From an uncultured candidate division Zixibacteria bacterium (lineage in GTDB: Bacteria > Zixibacteria > MSB-5A5 > GN15 > FEB-12), in assembly GCA_963735035.1 (NCBI GenBank), contig CAVTJJ010000004.1, forward strand, positions 1,152,001 through 1,216,000: DNA of 64,000 nucleotides, read 5' to 3'. Position numbers and translations under genes: made by a program. Position 1 is the stretch's first letter. The number at the start of each line of letters is the position of its first letter. Below the pieces are notes generated by a model. It searched no databases. It saw nothing but the letters and a program-made list of their open reading frames with translations, and had not been told where the DNA came from. This document shows positions 9,758 to 19,243 of this stretch, in pieces.

Positions 9758-12025
9758 ATGCATCAGCGCGTTTCTCAGTCGATCCCTTGCCGTGAACTGA
9801 CCGTCGCCATTTGCGGCAACCCCAACTGCGGCAAGACCACGCTTTTCAACGCGCTCACCGGCCTCAGCCAGAGGGTGGGGAATTATCCGGGTGTAACGGT
9901 TGAAAAGACGACCGGAGCGTTCACCGTCCCTGGCCGGGAAGACCTCAAGTTCAGCCTGATCGATACTCCCGGAAGTTATTCGCTGTCGGCCTTTTCGCCG
10001 GATGAATACATCGCGACACAAGTGCTTTGCGGCGATATCGAGAGGAATCCGCGGCCTGATATCGTGCTGTGCGTGATCGACGCCACCAATATCGAGCGGG
10101 GGCTTTATCTGCTGTTTCAGGTGATAGAAGTCGGACGGCCGGTAGTTGTGGCGCTGAATATGATCGATCTGGCTGAGCGTCATGGGACGAAGATCGACGT
10201 GGCGCGTCTGTCGGGGCTGCTCAAGGGGATTCCGGTTGTACCCGTAGTTGCCAGCAAAGTACAGGGGATAGATTCTCTGAAGGCTGTGCTTGCCGAAACC
10301 GCCACGGCAGAGGTCCTCCCGCAACTTTCCGGATATGATGAAATCGCCCGGACATTGGTTGAGAAGTTGGCCGCGAATGCGACCGACAATACTCGTACTC
10401 CGGCTCAGTACTTTCGCGTTTTGTTTGACCGCGGTGGGCCGGCCGAGAGAGAGTTTCTCAAACGCGAGGGAGAAAGCAAGCTGGTACTGATAGAGGAGAC
10501 TCGTCGAGAGATTATCCGTGAGTACGGCGCATTGTCCTCCGGCGAGACTTATCCACTTACGAGAAAAGCAACCGAGATAGCACGTCTCGTAGTCCGGGAA
10601 TCGGGTCATAGAGCCAACACCAAGTCGGAACGGATCGACCGCTTTCTGCTGCATCCGCTGCTAGGCCCGCTCTTTCTTGCGGCGGTGATGCTGTTCATGT
10701 TCCAGTCGGTGTTTAGCTGGGCCGAACCGATCATGCACTTGATCGACGGCAGCTTTGGACACCTGGGCAGCATGGTGCAAGGTGGAATGTCCGATGGCCC
10801 GCTGAGGTCGTTGCTCGTTGACGGTTTAATAGGGGGTGTCGGTTCGGTGCTGGTGTTTCTGCCTCAAATTGTAATCCTGTTCTTGTTCATCGCGCTTCTG
10901 GAAGATTCCGGCTATATGCCACGAGCGGCCTTTCTGGTTGATCGACTGTTCGGCTGGTGCGGGCTTTCGGGGAAATCGTTTGTGCCGTTGCTGTCGTCGT
11001 TCGCCTGTGCCGTCCCCGGAATCATGGCCACCCGCACGATTGAGAATAGGAAGCTCCGTATCATGACCATCATGGTGGCGCCCCTCATGAGCTGTTCGGC
11101 GCGACTACCGGTCTACACGATCATGATTGCCGCCTTCATTCCGCAGCGCAGCTTTCTCGGCGTGTTCAACACGCGGGGGCTGACGCTCACCGGACTCTAC
11201 GCGTTGGGGTTGATTGTCGCGGTGGTCGTTTCGTTCGTTATGAATCGACTGTTCTACCGCCAGGAACGGGCAACGTTCATGATGGATATGCCGTCGTACA
11301 CGTTTCCCACTCTTAGATCGGTGTCTATTCGCATTGTGAACCGGTCGAAATCGTTCTTGCTGCGTGCCGGGACGGTCATCCTGGCGATAACGGTTGTCAT
11401 CTGGGCGCTCAGCTATTATCCGAGATCGGAAAGCCTTGACAGTCAATTCGCTGCTCGCACGGTGGAGATACAGTCAGGATATGCCGCGAAGCGTCTGACT
11501 GCACCGCAGTTGTCGCCAGACGCCTTGGCTACTTTGGACCATGCCGAAAGGACAGAGACAGCAGACTTGGGGCGGGAACGCGCGGGGGCTCGGCTTCGCA
11601 ATTCCTACTTTGGCCGCATGGGACGCCAAATCGCACCGGTCTTTGCGCCGCTTGGCTGGGACTGGAAAATCACCATGGCGACACTGGCCTCGTTTCCGGC
11701 CCGCGAAGTGATAATTGCCACGCTCGGCACGATCTACAATCTGGGCGCCGATGGAGAAGAATCGTCGAGCACACTCACCGAGAAGATGCGGCAGGCGCGC
11801 TGGGAGTCTGGGGCGAAATCGGGCGAGCCGGTTTTCACCACGGCAGTGGCTCTTTCGATCATGGTCTTCTTTGCTCTCTGTGCTCAATGCGGGGCCACGT
11901 TGGTGACGATTCGCCAGGAGACGGCTTCCTGGCGCTACTCCGTAGCTGCATTCGTCTATATGACCGGCTTGGCGTATATATCGGCCTTTGCGACCTATCA
12001 GCTTTTCAGCAGGATAGGGGGGTGA
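9758..12025 (+). CDS. feoB: Ferrous iron transport protein B
   Basis: GNPNCGKTT, GNYPGVTVE, DTPG, NMID GTPase motifs; LEDSGYMPRAAF and MSCSARLP membrane-domain motifs. Confidence 0.97.
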   Translation: MHQRVSQSIPCRELTVAICGNPNCGKTTLFNALTGLSQRVGNYPGVTVEKTTGAFTVPGREDLKFSLIDTPGSYSLSAFSPDEYIATQVLCGDIERNPRPDIVLCVIDATNIERGLYLLFQVIEVGRPVVVALNMIDLAERHGTKIDVARLSGLLKGIPVVPVVASKVQGIDSLKAVLAETATAEVLPQLSGYDEIARTLVEKLAANATDNTRTPAQYFRVLFDRGGPAEREFLKREGESKLVLIEETRREIIREYGALSSGETYPLTRKATEIARLVVRESGHRANTKSERIDRFLLHPLLGPLFLAAVMLFMFQSVFSWAEPIMHLIDGSFGHLGSMVQGGMSDGPLRSLLVDGLIGGVGSVLVFLPQIVILFLFIALLEDSGYMPRAAFLVDRLFGWCGLSGKSFVPLLSSFACAVPGIMATRTIENRKLRIMTIMVAPLMSCSARLPVYTIMIAAFIPQRSFLGVFNTRGLTLTGLYALGLIVAVVVSFVMNRLFYRQERATFMMDMPSYTFPTLRSVSIRIVNRSKSFLLRAGTVILAITVVIWALSYYPRSESLDSQFAARTVEIQSGYAAKRLTAPQLSPDALATLDHAERTETADLGRERAGARLRNSYFGRMGRQIAPVFAPLGWDWKITMATLASFPAREVIIATLGTIYNLGADGEESSSTLTEKMRQARWESGAKSGEPVFTTAVALSIMVFFALCAQCGATLVTIRQETASWRYSVAAFVYMTGLAYISAFATYQLFSRIGG

Positions 12026-12029
12026 TATA

Positions 12030-12200
12030 GTGCTCTGGCAAGATGTCCTGACTGTCCTGGTTGTAGCCTCGGCCATACTCTATCTGACGGTTCGTCTGAT
12101 CAGGCTGCGGAAGCGGCGAAACGCCTGTTGCGAATGCCGTCTGCTGCAGGGAGTTACGGGTAATAGACGTAATTCTCGCGACCGGTTTACCCCCGATTGA
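12030..12200 (+). CDS. FeoB-associated Cys-rich small membrane protein (56 aa; absent from ORF track)
   Basis: GTG start 4 nt after the feoB stop; MLWQDVLTVLVVASAILYLTVRLIRLRKRRNACCEC...: one TM, basic stretch, CCxC. Confidence 0.75.
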   Translation: MLWQDVLTVLVVASAILYLTVRLIRLRKRRNACCECRLLQGVTGNRRNSRDRFTPD

Positions 12201-12244
12201 CATTTGCTCCGAGTCGCCCCATATTCGCGGCACGGAGACCATGA

Positions 12245-13051
12245 GTGATTAGCACCGCACCACTTCTACTGGGGCACTATTACCCCCTCGATTCATTTCT
12301 GCACCGGCTGGACGCGCGCGCCAAGCTGGTGCCGATTATGGCGGTGATGGTGCTAGGTCTATTGACCGAATCGGCCTGGTTCTATCTGACTGTACTGGCG
12401 GCGCTGCTGGGGGGATTGCTCCTCTCGAAAGTAGAGCCGAAAATAATCGCGCGTAACTTCCAACCTATCCTGATTCTGGTCGCCATCACGTTTGCTTATC
12501 ACATTGTCTTCAGTGGCCATGATAGCCGCCCGGTGTTCGAAATCTTCGGCCTGACCTTGAGAGCCGAGAGTCTCTCGATGGCAGTGTTCTATTCGCTTCG
12601 ATTACTGCTGTTTGTTAGCGTCGTCTTTCTCGTCACCCTCACGAGCTCGCCGTCGGATCTGGCCGAGGCAGTTACGCGACTTCTGAGACCGTTGAAAAAG
12701 CTCAGGGTGCCGGTGGACGATATCGGCTTGATTCTATTTATAGCGATCCGCTTCATTCCAGTGCTGCATCAGGAATTTCTGGCGGTCAGAAACGCTCAAG
12801 TCATCCGGGGGGTCGATTTCTCCGGCGGGCTTTTGAGCAGGGCTCGCAAGACCGGAACGATTGTTGTCCCCGTGCTGGTAGCGGCTATCAGTCGGGCCGA
12901 TGAACTGGCGCTGGCCATGGAAGCGCGGGGGTACCGTAGCGGCGCGCCGAGGACATTTTTCACCCGAACCCATTTCGATGGCGCTTCGTGGCTGTTTGCT
13001 TTCGGCAGTCTGGCCGTCTTGATCATCCTGTTCTTGGTGACGGGGAAATGA
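12245..13051 (+). CDS. ecfT: Energy-coupling factor transporter transmembrane component T
   Basis: SFLHRLDARAKL, IAIRFIP, AQVIRG, LALAMEARGY. Confidence 0.9.
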   Translation: MISTAPLLLGHYYPLDSFLHRLDARAKLVPIMAVMVLGLLTESAWFYLTVLAALLGGLLLSKVEPKIIARNFQPILILVAITFAYHIVFSGHDSRPVFEIFGLTLRAESLSMAVFYSLRLLLFVSVVFLVTLTSSPSDLAEAVTRLLRPLKKLRVPVDDIGLILFIAIRFIPVLHQEFLAVRNAQVIRGVDFSGGLLSRARKTGTIVVPVLVAAISRADELALAMEARGYRSGAPRTFFTRTHFDGASWLFAFGSLAVLIILFLVTGK

Positions 13052-13052
13052 C

Positions 13053-13802
13053 TTGAAGAATATCAAGCTCATAGTTCAATACGAAGGTACAGCCTATTCC
13101 GGCTGGCAGGTCCAGGAGAACGGGGAGACGATCCAGGGGCGACTGGTAGACGCTATTTTCAAGACCACCGGTCAGCAGGTCAATCTAATTGGAGCCGGTC
13201 GCACCGACGCCGGCGTGCATGCTCTTGGGCAGGTGGCCAATTTTCAGATTGAACACAATCTTCCGCCTGAACGCTACGCCCCGGCACTGAATTATTATCT
13301 GCCCGAGGATATCCGCGTGCTTGAATCTGAGGAAGTCCCGGGATCGTTCCACGCCCGCTTTGATGCCCGATCCCGGCACTATCGCTATCTATCATCCCAC
13401 GAATTGTCGGCGCCGTACCGGAACCTTCGCTATCATTACCGGCCTAAGGTCGATTTTGAACTGCTGCAGCAGGCAGCCGCAATGGTCAAAGGGGAGCACG
13501 ATTTCTCGCCATTTTGTGTCGTTTCTTCACTCAAGGAAAATAATGCCTGCCGCATTGAGTTTTCCCGCTGGTACCGGTTTGGGCCGCTCCTGGCTTATGA
13601 AATCCGGGGCAACCGGTTTCTGCACAGCATGGTTCGTTCGCTGGTAGGAGCGATGCTGAACCTGGCCACGCTGGAGCCGGATAAGAATCTGCTCAACTTG
13701 ACTTTAGCCTCCTTTTCGGATATCATTCAGGCCCCGGTCGGACAGAGGGTGACCTTTACCGCTCCGGCCTGTGGCTTGTACCTGGTAAAGGTGATCTACT
13801 AA
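13053..13802 (+). CDS. truA: tRNA pseudouridine(38-40) synthase
   Basis: YEGTAYSGWQ, GAGRTDAGVHA, FHARF, FLHSMVR, TAPACGLYL. Confidence 0.96.
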   Translation: MKNIKLIVQYEGTAYSGWQVQENGETIQGRLVDAIFKTTGQQVNLIGAGRTDAGVHALGQVANFQIEHNLPPERYAPALNYYLPEDIRVLESEEVPGSFHARFDARSRHYRYLSSHELSAPYRNLRYHYRPKVDFELLQQAAAMVKGEHDFSPFCVVSSLKENNACRIEFSRWYRFGPLLAYEIRGNRFLHSMVRSLVGAMLNLATLEPDKNLLNLTLASFSDIIQAPVGQRVTFTAPACGLYLVKVIY

Positions 13803-13817
13803 GCGAAGGATACGCTG

Positions 13818-14468
13818 GTGAAATTTTTCATCGACACCGCCAATCTCAACGAAATCAAAGAAGCGGCCGCGATGGGCATACTCGACGGGGTGACTACGAA
13901 CCCGTCCCTGGCGGCCAAGGAAAACGCTCCGTACCGGGAAATACTTCAGGAAATCTGCCGGGTTGTCGACGGTCCCGTCTCGGCCGAAGTGATCGCTACC
14001 GACACGCCCGGCATGATCCGCGAAGCCGAGGAACTGGTCAAGATCGCGGACAACATCGTAGTCAAAATTCCGACAATTCTGCCTGGCCTGACCGCTATCA
14101 AGACTCTGCATGATCGGGGTATCAAGACCAATGCCACGCTGGTCTTCTCGCCGATGCAGGCACTGCTGGTAGCCAAAGCGGGAGCCAGCTATGTGTCGCC
14201 GTTTGTGGGGCGGCTCGACGATGTCTCATCCGACGGTATGGCGCTGATCGCCGATATCGTGAACATCTATTCGAATTATGTATTTCAGACCGAAGTGCTG
14301 GTGGCCTCGGTACGAAACCCGATGCACGTCGTTGACGCCGCCCGCATCGGTGCCGATGTCTGTACGATCCCGTTGAGTGTAATCAAGCAGTTGATTCAGC
14401 ATCCGCTGACCGATATCGGTTTACAGAAATTTCTCGACGATTACAAGAAAGCGCCGAAAGCCCGATGA
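13818..14468 (+). CDS. tal: Short (FSA-like) transaldolase
   Basis: [35 protein letters not shown]. Confidence 0.9.
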   Translation: MKFFIDTANLNEIKEAAAMGILDGVTTNPSLAAKENAPYREILQEICRVVDGPVSAEVIATDTPGMIREAEELVKIADNIVVKIPTILPGLTAIKTLHDRGIKTNATLVFSPMQALLVAKAGASYVSPFVGRLDDVSSDGMALIADIVNIYSNYVFQTEVLVASVRNPMHVVDAARIGADVCTIPLSVIKQLIQHPLTDIGLQKFLDDYKKAPKAR

Positions 14469-15760
14469 TAGAACGCTACACGTTACCGGAGATGGGGGCG
14501 GTGTGGGCCGACCAGGCCAAATACCGGGCCTGGCTCGAGGTCGAAGTCGAGGCGGCCCGCGCCATGGCCAAACTCAAGATCATTCCGGCCGACGCCGCCA
14601 AAGTCATCGCGGCCAAGGCGAATTTCGATGTCAAACGCATCAATGAAATCGAGGCCGAAGTCAATCACGATGTCATCGCGTTTCTGACATCCGTGTCCGA
14701 GTTCGTGGGCGAGCCGGCGAAATATCTGCATTTCGGGATGACTTCGTCAGATGTGCTCGACACGGCCCTGTCGCTACAACTGAAACGCGCCTCGGTATTG
14801 ATTGACAAGAAACTCGATGCTGTGTTGCGGCAGATCAAACAGTTGGCCCGCAAATACCAGCACACCCCCTGTATCGGACGTACCCACGGCGTGCTGGCTG
14901 AGCCGACCAGTCTCGGATTGAAATTCGCCGTCTGGTACACCGAACTGCAGAGGCGTCGGGATCATTTCCGACACGCAGTGGAAACGATATCGGTAGGCGC
15001 GATTTCCGGCGCGGTCGGCAACTACGCCAATCTCGATCCGAGGGTCGAACAGGAAGTCTGCAAGCGACTGGGATTGAAGCCGGCCCCGGTAACGACGCAG
15101 GTGATTCAGCGTGACCGGCACGCCGAGTATGTATGTTCGCTGGCGCTGATAGGTTCATCGCTGGAAAAATTCGCGACCGAGATACGTAATCTCCAGCGTA
15201 CGGAAATCGGTGAGCTTTCAGAGGGATTCGCCAAGGGCCAGAAAGGGTCCTCGGCCATGCCGCACAAGCGGAATCCTATCACGGCTGAGCGGATCACCGG
15301 GATCGCTCGCCTCTTGCGCGGGTATACAATTCCCGCCATGGAAAACGTACCGCTCTGGCATGAACGCGATATCGCTCACTCTTCGGTGGAGCGGATCATC
15401 CTGCCCGATGCTACTATCATTCTGGATTATGGGCTTCAGAAGTTCCATGGACTGCTCAAAGGACTGGTGGTGGACGAAAAGCGGATGCTCGAAAATATCT
15501 ACTATCGCGGCGGAATTGTCTTCTCGCAGCGAGTGTTGTTGAAGTTGACCGGACCGGTCGGGTCGCGCGAAAGAGCTTACCGTATGGTCCAGCGCAATGC
15601 CATGGCGGCGCATGCCGGGAACGGTCTGTTTCGGGAGACGATTCTAAAGGATGCCGAAGTTATGGGGTATCTGAGCCAGGCTGAAGTTGACGAGTGTTTC
15701 GATCTTAGCTACTACACACGCTACGTCGACAAAATCTTCAAGAGGGTGTTCAATCCATGA
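14465..15760 (+). CDS. purB: Adenylosuccinate lyase
   Basis: [37 protein letters not shown]. Confidence 0.97.
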   Translation: MIERYTLPEMGAVWADQAKYRAWLEVEVEAARAMAKLKIIPADAAKVIAAKANFDVKRINEIEAEVNHDVIAFLTSVSEFVGEPAKYLHFGMTSSDVLDTALSLQLKRASVLIDKKLDAVLRQIKQLARKYQHTPCIGRTHGVLAEPTSLGLKFAVWYTELQRRRDHFRHAVETISVGAISGAVGNYANLDPRVEQEVCKRLGLKPAPVTTQVIQRDRHAEYVCSLALIGSSLEKFATEIRNLQRTEIGELSEGFAKGQKGSSAMPHKRNPITAERITGIARLLRGYTIPAMENVPLWHERDIAHSSVERIILPDATIILDYGLQKFHGLLKGLVVDEKRMLENIYYRGGIVFSQRVLLKLTGPVGSRERAYRMVQRNAMAAHAGNGLFRETILKDAEVMGYLSQAEVDECFDLSYYTRYVDKIFKRVFNP

Positions 15761-16461
15761 TAGCTCGCGACGGCTGGTCATTCATTCTAATCGGTCTGCT
15801 CCTGACAGTGGCATTGCTCTGGACGGCAACACGCTGGGACAGCCGGACGGCGTTCATCGCCAGTCTGGTCTTCGCGATTCTGACGATTTTCACAGCCTAC
15901 TTCTTTCGGGATCCCGACCGGACAGCCGTTATAGAACCGGGTGCCTTGATATCCCCGGCCGATGGGCACATAGTCAAGATTGACACCCTGGCCGCGCACC
16001 CTTTCGTGGGTGAGAAAGCCATTCAGGTTTCGATTTTCTTGTCGGTATTTGATGTGCATATCAATCGTGCCCCGGCGGCCGGCAAGATCGGACAGGTGAA
16101 ATACATTCCGGGGAAATTCTTCAAGGCCTACGAAGACAAAGCATCTCTCGAAAACGAGCAGACCGAAGTCTGGATGACGACCGATTCGGGGCGACGGATC
16201 GCTTTCAAGCAGATCGCCGGTATTATTGCGCGGCGTATCGTTTGTCGTCTCTCGCAGGGTGATCGGGTGGAAGCCGGGGACAGATTCGGACTGATCAAAT
16301 TTGGCTCACGGACCGACCTGCTTGTGCCATATGACACGAGGATTGACGTGAAACTTGGCCAACGCGTAAAGGGGGGCGAAACCGTCATGGGATACCTGAG
16401 AACTCCAGCGTATGGTTCTGAAGCGCCGCAACCCGGAGAGGGGAGCCATGCAGAACTATAA
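15757..16461 (+). CDS. psd: Phosphatidylserine decarboxylase proenzyme
   Basis: FFRDPDR, SPADG, IFLSVFDVH, IKFGSR self-cleavage motif. Confidence 0.95.
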   Translation: MIARDGWSFILIGLLLTVALLWTATRWDSRTAFIASLVFAILTIFTAYFFRDPDRTAVIEPGALISPADGHIVKIDTLAAHPFVGEKAIQVSIFLSVFDVHINRAPAAGKIGQVKYIPGKFFKAYEDKASLENEQTEVWMTTDSGRRIAFKQIAGIIARRIVCRLSQGDRVEAGDRFGLIKFGSRTDLLVPYDTRIDVKLGQRVKGGETVMGYLRTPAYGSEAPQPGEGSHAEL

Positions 16462-17212
16462 AGTCATATTCCCGGGTGTTTTCACCATGGGAAGCGTGGT
16501 CTGTGGATTTCTGTCGATTCTGTCTATTTTCGAAGGCCACGTTACCGCCGCTTGCTGGTTTGTAATCCTGGCAGGAGTGCTGGATGTCCTCGATGGCAAG
16601 GCGGCCCGCATGGCAGGGGCGACATCGCAGTTCGGGGTCGAACTCGATTCGCTGGCCGATTTTCTATCTTTCGGTGTGGCGCCGGCGGTGATAGTCCATT
16701 CGATCAAACTCAATTCAATCGGCAAGTGGGGTTGGGTCATTTCGGTTGTATATATAATGGCGGCTGCGTATCGACTCGCGCGGTACAACATCATGGCCGA
16801 CAGCGAAGAGAAGAAGGATTTCGTTGGGATGCCGGTTCCCCTGGCGGCTTTCGGGCTGGTCTCTTACGTCATCTTCAGCTACAATGTCTGGGGCGGCTTG
16901 GAATACGACGAAATCCTCATCACGATGATCGTGGTCTTCTCGTTTGTCATGGTTTCGCAGATTCAGTATGACACGATGCCAGAGAATTTTTCAAGTCCCT
17001 GGGACCGTACCAAAGCTCTGGCCCTGGTGGTGGGAGCGATCTGCATGGTCATCCGGCCAAGACTGCTGTTGTTTCCACTGGTTTCCACGTATATATTGTT
17101 CGGATTGGTAAGAGAAGGTTACCGCCTATTTTTCCTCGGTGTCGGCAAGGTAACCGGGCGGCCGTACGGTCGCCGCAAGACCGATAGAAGGAATCTTGAT
17201 GACTCAGAATAA
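16448..17212 (+). CDS. pssA: CDP-diacylglycerol--serine O-phosphatidyltransferase
   Basis: DVLDGKAAR...FGVELDSLADFLSFGVAP motif; follows psd. Confidence 0.93.
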   Translation: MQNYKVIFPGVFTMGSVVCGFLSILSIFEGHVTAACWFVILAGVLDVLDGKAARMAGATSQFGVELDSLADFLSFGVAPAVIVHSIKLNSIGKWGWVISVVYIMAAAYRLARYNIMADSEEKKDFVGMPVPLAAFGLVSYVIFSYNVWGGLEYDEILITMIVVFSFVMVSQIQYDTMPENFSSPWDRTKALALVVGAICMVIRPRLLLFPLVSTYILFGLVREGYRLFFLGVGKVTGRPYGRRKTDRRNLDDSE

Positions 17213-17450
17213 GAAAGCCGTTGTCTACGTCAAGCTCAAGGACGGCGTTCTGGACCCGCAGGGCGTGACGATTCAGAAGGCCCTGGCTCAGATGGGGTTT
17301 AGCGATTTCGTGTCGGTGCGCTCCGGCAAGTTCTTCGAATTGGAGTTCTCGTCGAGTGCTGAAGGCATCGATCGCAAAATAGAGGAAGTTTGTTCGCGAC
17401 TTCTGGCCAATCCCGTCATAGAAAAATTCGAGATAGAGCGCGGCGCATGA
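17199..17450 (+). CDS. purS: FGAM synthase subunit PurS
   Basis: [19 protein letters not shown]. Confidence 0.95.
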   Translation: MTQNKKAVVYVKLKDGVLDPQGVTIQKALAQMGFSDFVSVRSGKFFELEFSSSAEGIDRKIEEVCSRLLANPVIEKFEIERGA

Positions 17451-18160
17451 AATTCGGTGTCGTTACATTCCCGGGGTCCAACTGCGATTTCGACGCTTAC
17501 GCCACGGTCAAGCACGTGTTGCGTGAAGAGGTCGATTTTCTCTGGCACCGGTCGTCCGACTTGATGGGTTCAGACGTCGTGATACTGCCGGGCGGATTCT
17601 CGTACGGTGATTATCTTCGGGCGGGCGCCATTGCCCGTTTCTCACCCATCATGCAGGAAGTAGTCAGGTTCGCCAATTCGGGCGGTTTGGTTATCGGAAT
17701 TTGTAACGGTTTTCAGGTCCTGACCGAAGTTGGTCTGTTGCCCGGGGCGCTGATCAGAAACGTCCATCTGAGATTCGGCGGCAAGTTCATTCATATGCGA
17801 GTTGAAGACATTAGTACGCCTTTTACCTGTGAGTATGAACCGGGTGAAGTGTTAAAGATTCCTATCGCGCACGGCGAAGGGAACTACTACAATTTTGACG
17901 GTGACATTAAGAAACTGGAAGACGCAGGACAGGTGATGTTTCGTTATGTCGATCAGGCGGGCAATGTCAGTGCGGCGGCCAATCCGAACGGGTCGCTCAA
18001 CAATATTGCCGGTATTCGGAATGCCCAGGGCAACGTGGTAGGGCTGATGCCTCACCCGGAACGGGCTGTCGAGAGCATTCTGGGATCGGTCGATGGTCTG
18101 AAGTTATTTGAATCGTTGCGGAGTTCCTGTCGCTCAGCCAAAACTGCGGGGGCGCGATGA
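17447..18160 (+). CDS. purQ: FGAM synthase glutaminase subunit PurQ
   Basis: [31 protein letters not shown]. Confidence 0.97.
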   Translation: MKFGVVTFPGSNCDFDAYATVKHVLREEVDFLWHRSSDLMGSDVVILPGGFSYGDYLRAGAIARFSPIMQEVVRFANSGGLVIGICNGFQVLTEVGLLPGALIRNVHLRFGGKFIHMRVEDISTPFTCEYEPGEVLKIPIAHGEGNYYNFDGDIKKLEDAGQVMFRYVDQAGNVSAAANPNGSLNNIAGIRNAQGNVVGLMPHPERAVESILGSVDGLKLFESLRSSCRSAKTAGAR

Positions 18161-18423
18161 AGAGACGTGAAGCTGCATTTCTTATTACGGCGCTGCTTCT
18201 GGGCGCCCTGTTGGGCGGGTTGTTAGGCGATATAATCGGCACTTTCCTGCCCGATGGAGCCGCCAAGACGGTCTTTGCCAAGTCTATCCAGGTGGGGGTT
18301 GGGCCCAGTCAGGTTGATTTCTACACGATTTCGCTGACTTTCGGTTTTCAGTTCAAGGTGAACTTTATGTCTATCCTGGTCGTACTATTAGTGATTGTGT
18401 ACTTTAGATGGTGGTATTTGTAG
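18157..18423 (+). CDS. Small two-TM membrane protein (DUF4321-like)
   Basis: [15 protein letters not shown]...[14 protein letters not shown] pattern; ATGA overlap with purQ. Confidence 0.7.
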   Translation: MKRREAAFLITALLLGALLGGLLGDIIGTFLPDGAAKTVFAKSIQVGVGPSQVDFYTISLTFGFQFKVNFMSILVVLLVIVYFRWWYL

Positions 18424-18451
18424 ACGCCACGCGTCTACGGAGGTTTGAAAG

Positions 18452-18685
18452 ATGCCTTTTGGAATTGGATTCCCGGAACTGTTGCTGATTTTCCTGGCTA
18501 TCCTCCTGCTGTTTGGGGCCAAGCGGCTTCCCGAATTGGCTCAGGGGCTGGGGAAGGGAATCAGAGAGTTCAAACGCGCGATGAAGGATACCGGCGACGA
18601 AGTCAAGGGCCAGAGCCCCGACAACAGCCGACCGACTATTCCACCGCCTCCCGAGCAACGCCCCGGAACGGAAGATAAGAAATAG
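18452..18685 (+). CDS. tatA: Twin-arginine translocase TatA/TatE
   Basis: [33 protein letters not shown]. Confidence 0.95.
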   Translation: MPFGIGFPELLLIFLAILLLFGAKRLPELAQGLGKGIREFKRAMKDTGDEVKGQSPDNSRPTIPPPPEQRPGTEDKK

Positions 18686-18691
18686 ACTCAG

Positions 18692-19171
18692 GTGACTGAA
18701 AGCATGGGCGCAACGTTCAGCCGCAATGATCTCGACCGCATCAGCACCCTTCTCGGAGCCGAGAAGAGTACCGATGAGAAGGATCATTTTCGCTTGAAGA
18801 TCACAAATAAGGAAGAGAAGCGTATTCTTATCCTCGAGGTTTATCCTGAAGTTGATCTCGGCAAGAAGCGCGGAATGCTGGTGGTAGTCTACACCGGTAA
18901 TTCCCATCTTCAGCTTCACAACTGCACGGGATACGTAGTGTCGGAAGATCTCGGCGAGGTTACTTTCGTGGCGGAAGCGTCCGAGCAGCTTTCGGGACTG
19001 GTGGTAGAAAAGGGAGCTTCTTGTTCCCTCTACGCCAGTATCAACCGCTCTCTGATTTCATCGGACTTCACGACCTTGGGTGTCGAGGTCATGCTTTCGG
19101 GTGTAGCCATGTCGCTGGCCGAGGATATTCTCGACAGTGACGACGCCAGGCCCGGCGCCAAGAAGTCCTGA
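18692..19171 (+). CDS. Hypothetical cytoplasmic protein (beta-rich)
   Basis: 159 aa ORF in the operon, ending just before a terminator. Confidence 0.75.
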   Translation: MTESMGATFSRNDLDRISTLLGAEKSTDEKDHFRLKITNKEEKRILILEVYPEVDLGKKRGMLVVVYTGNSHLQLHNCTGYVVSEDLGEVTFVAEASEQLSGLVVEKGASCSLYASINRSLISSDFTTLGVEVMLSGVAMSLAEDILDSDDARPGAKKS

Positions 19172-19186
19172 GCGGTCTGTAGATTG

Positions 19187-19221
19187 AAAAAGCCGCCGTG
19201 CCTGAAGGCGCGGCGGCTTTT
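19187..19221. terminator. Bidirectional Rho-independent terminator
   Basis: AAAAAGCCGCCGTGCC-TGAA-GGCGCGGCGGCTTTT between convergent genes. Confidence 0.85.
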
Positions 19222-19243
19222 GTGTTCTCCCCGGAACAGCCCC

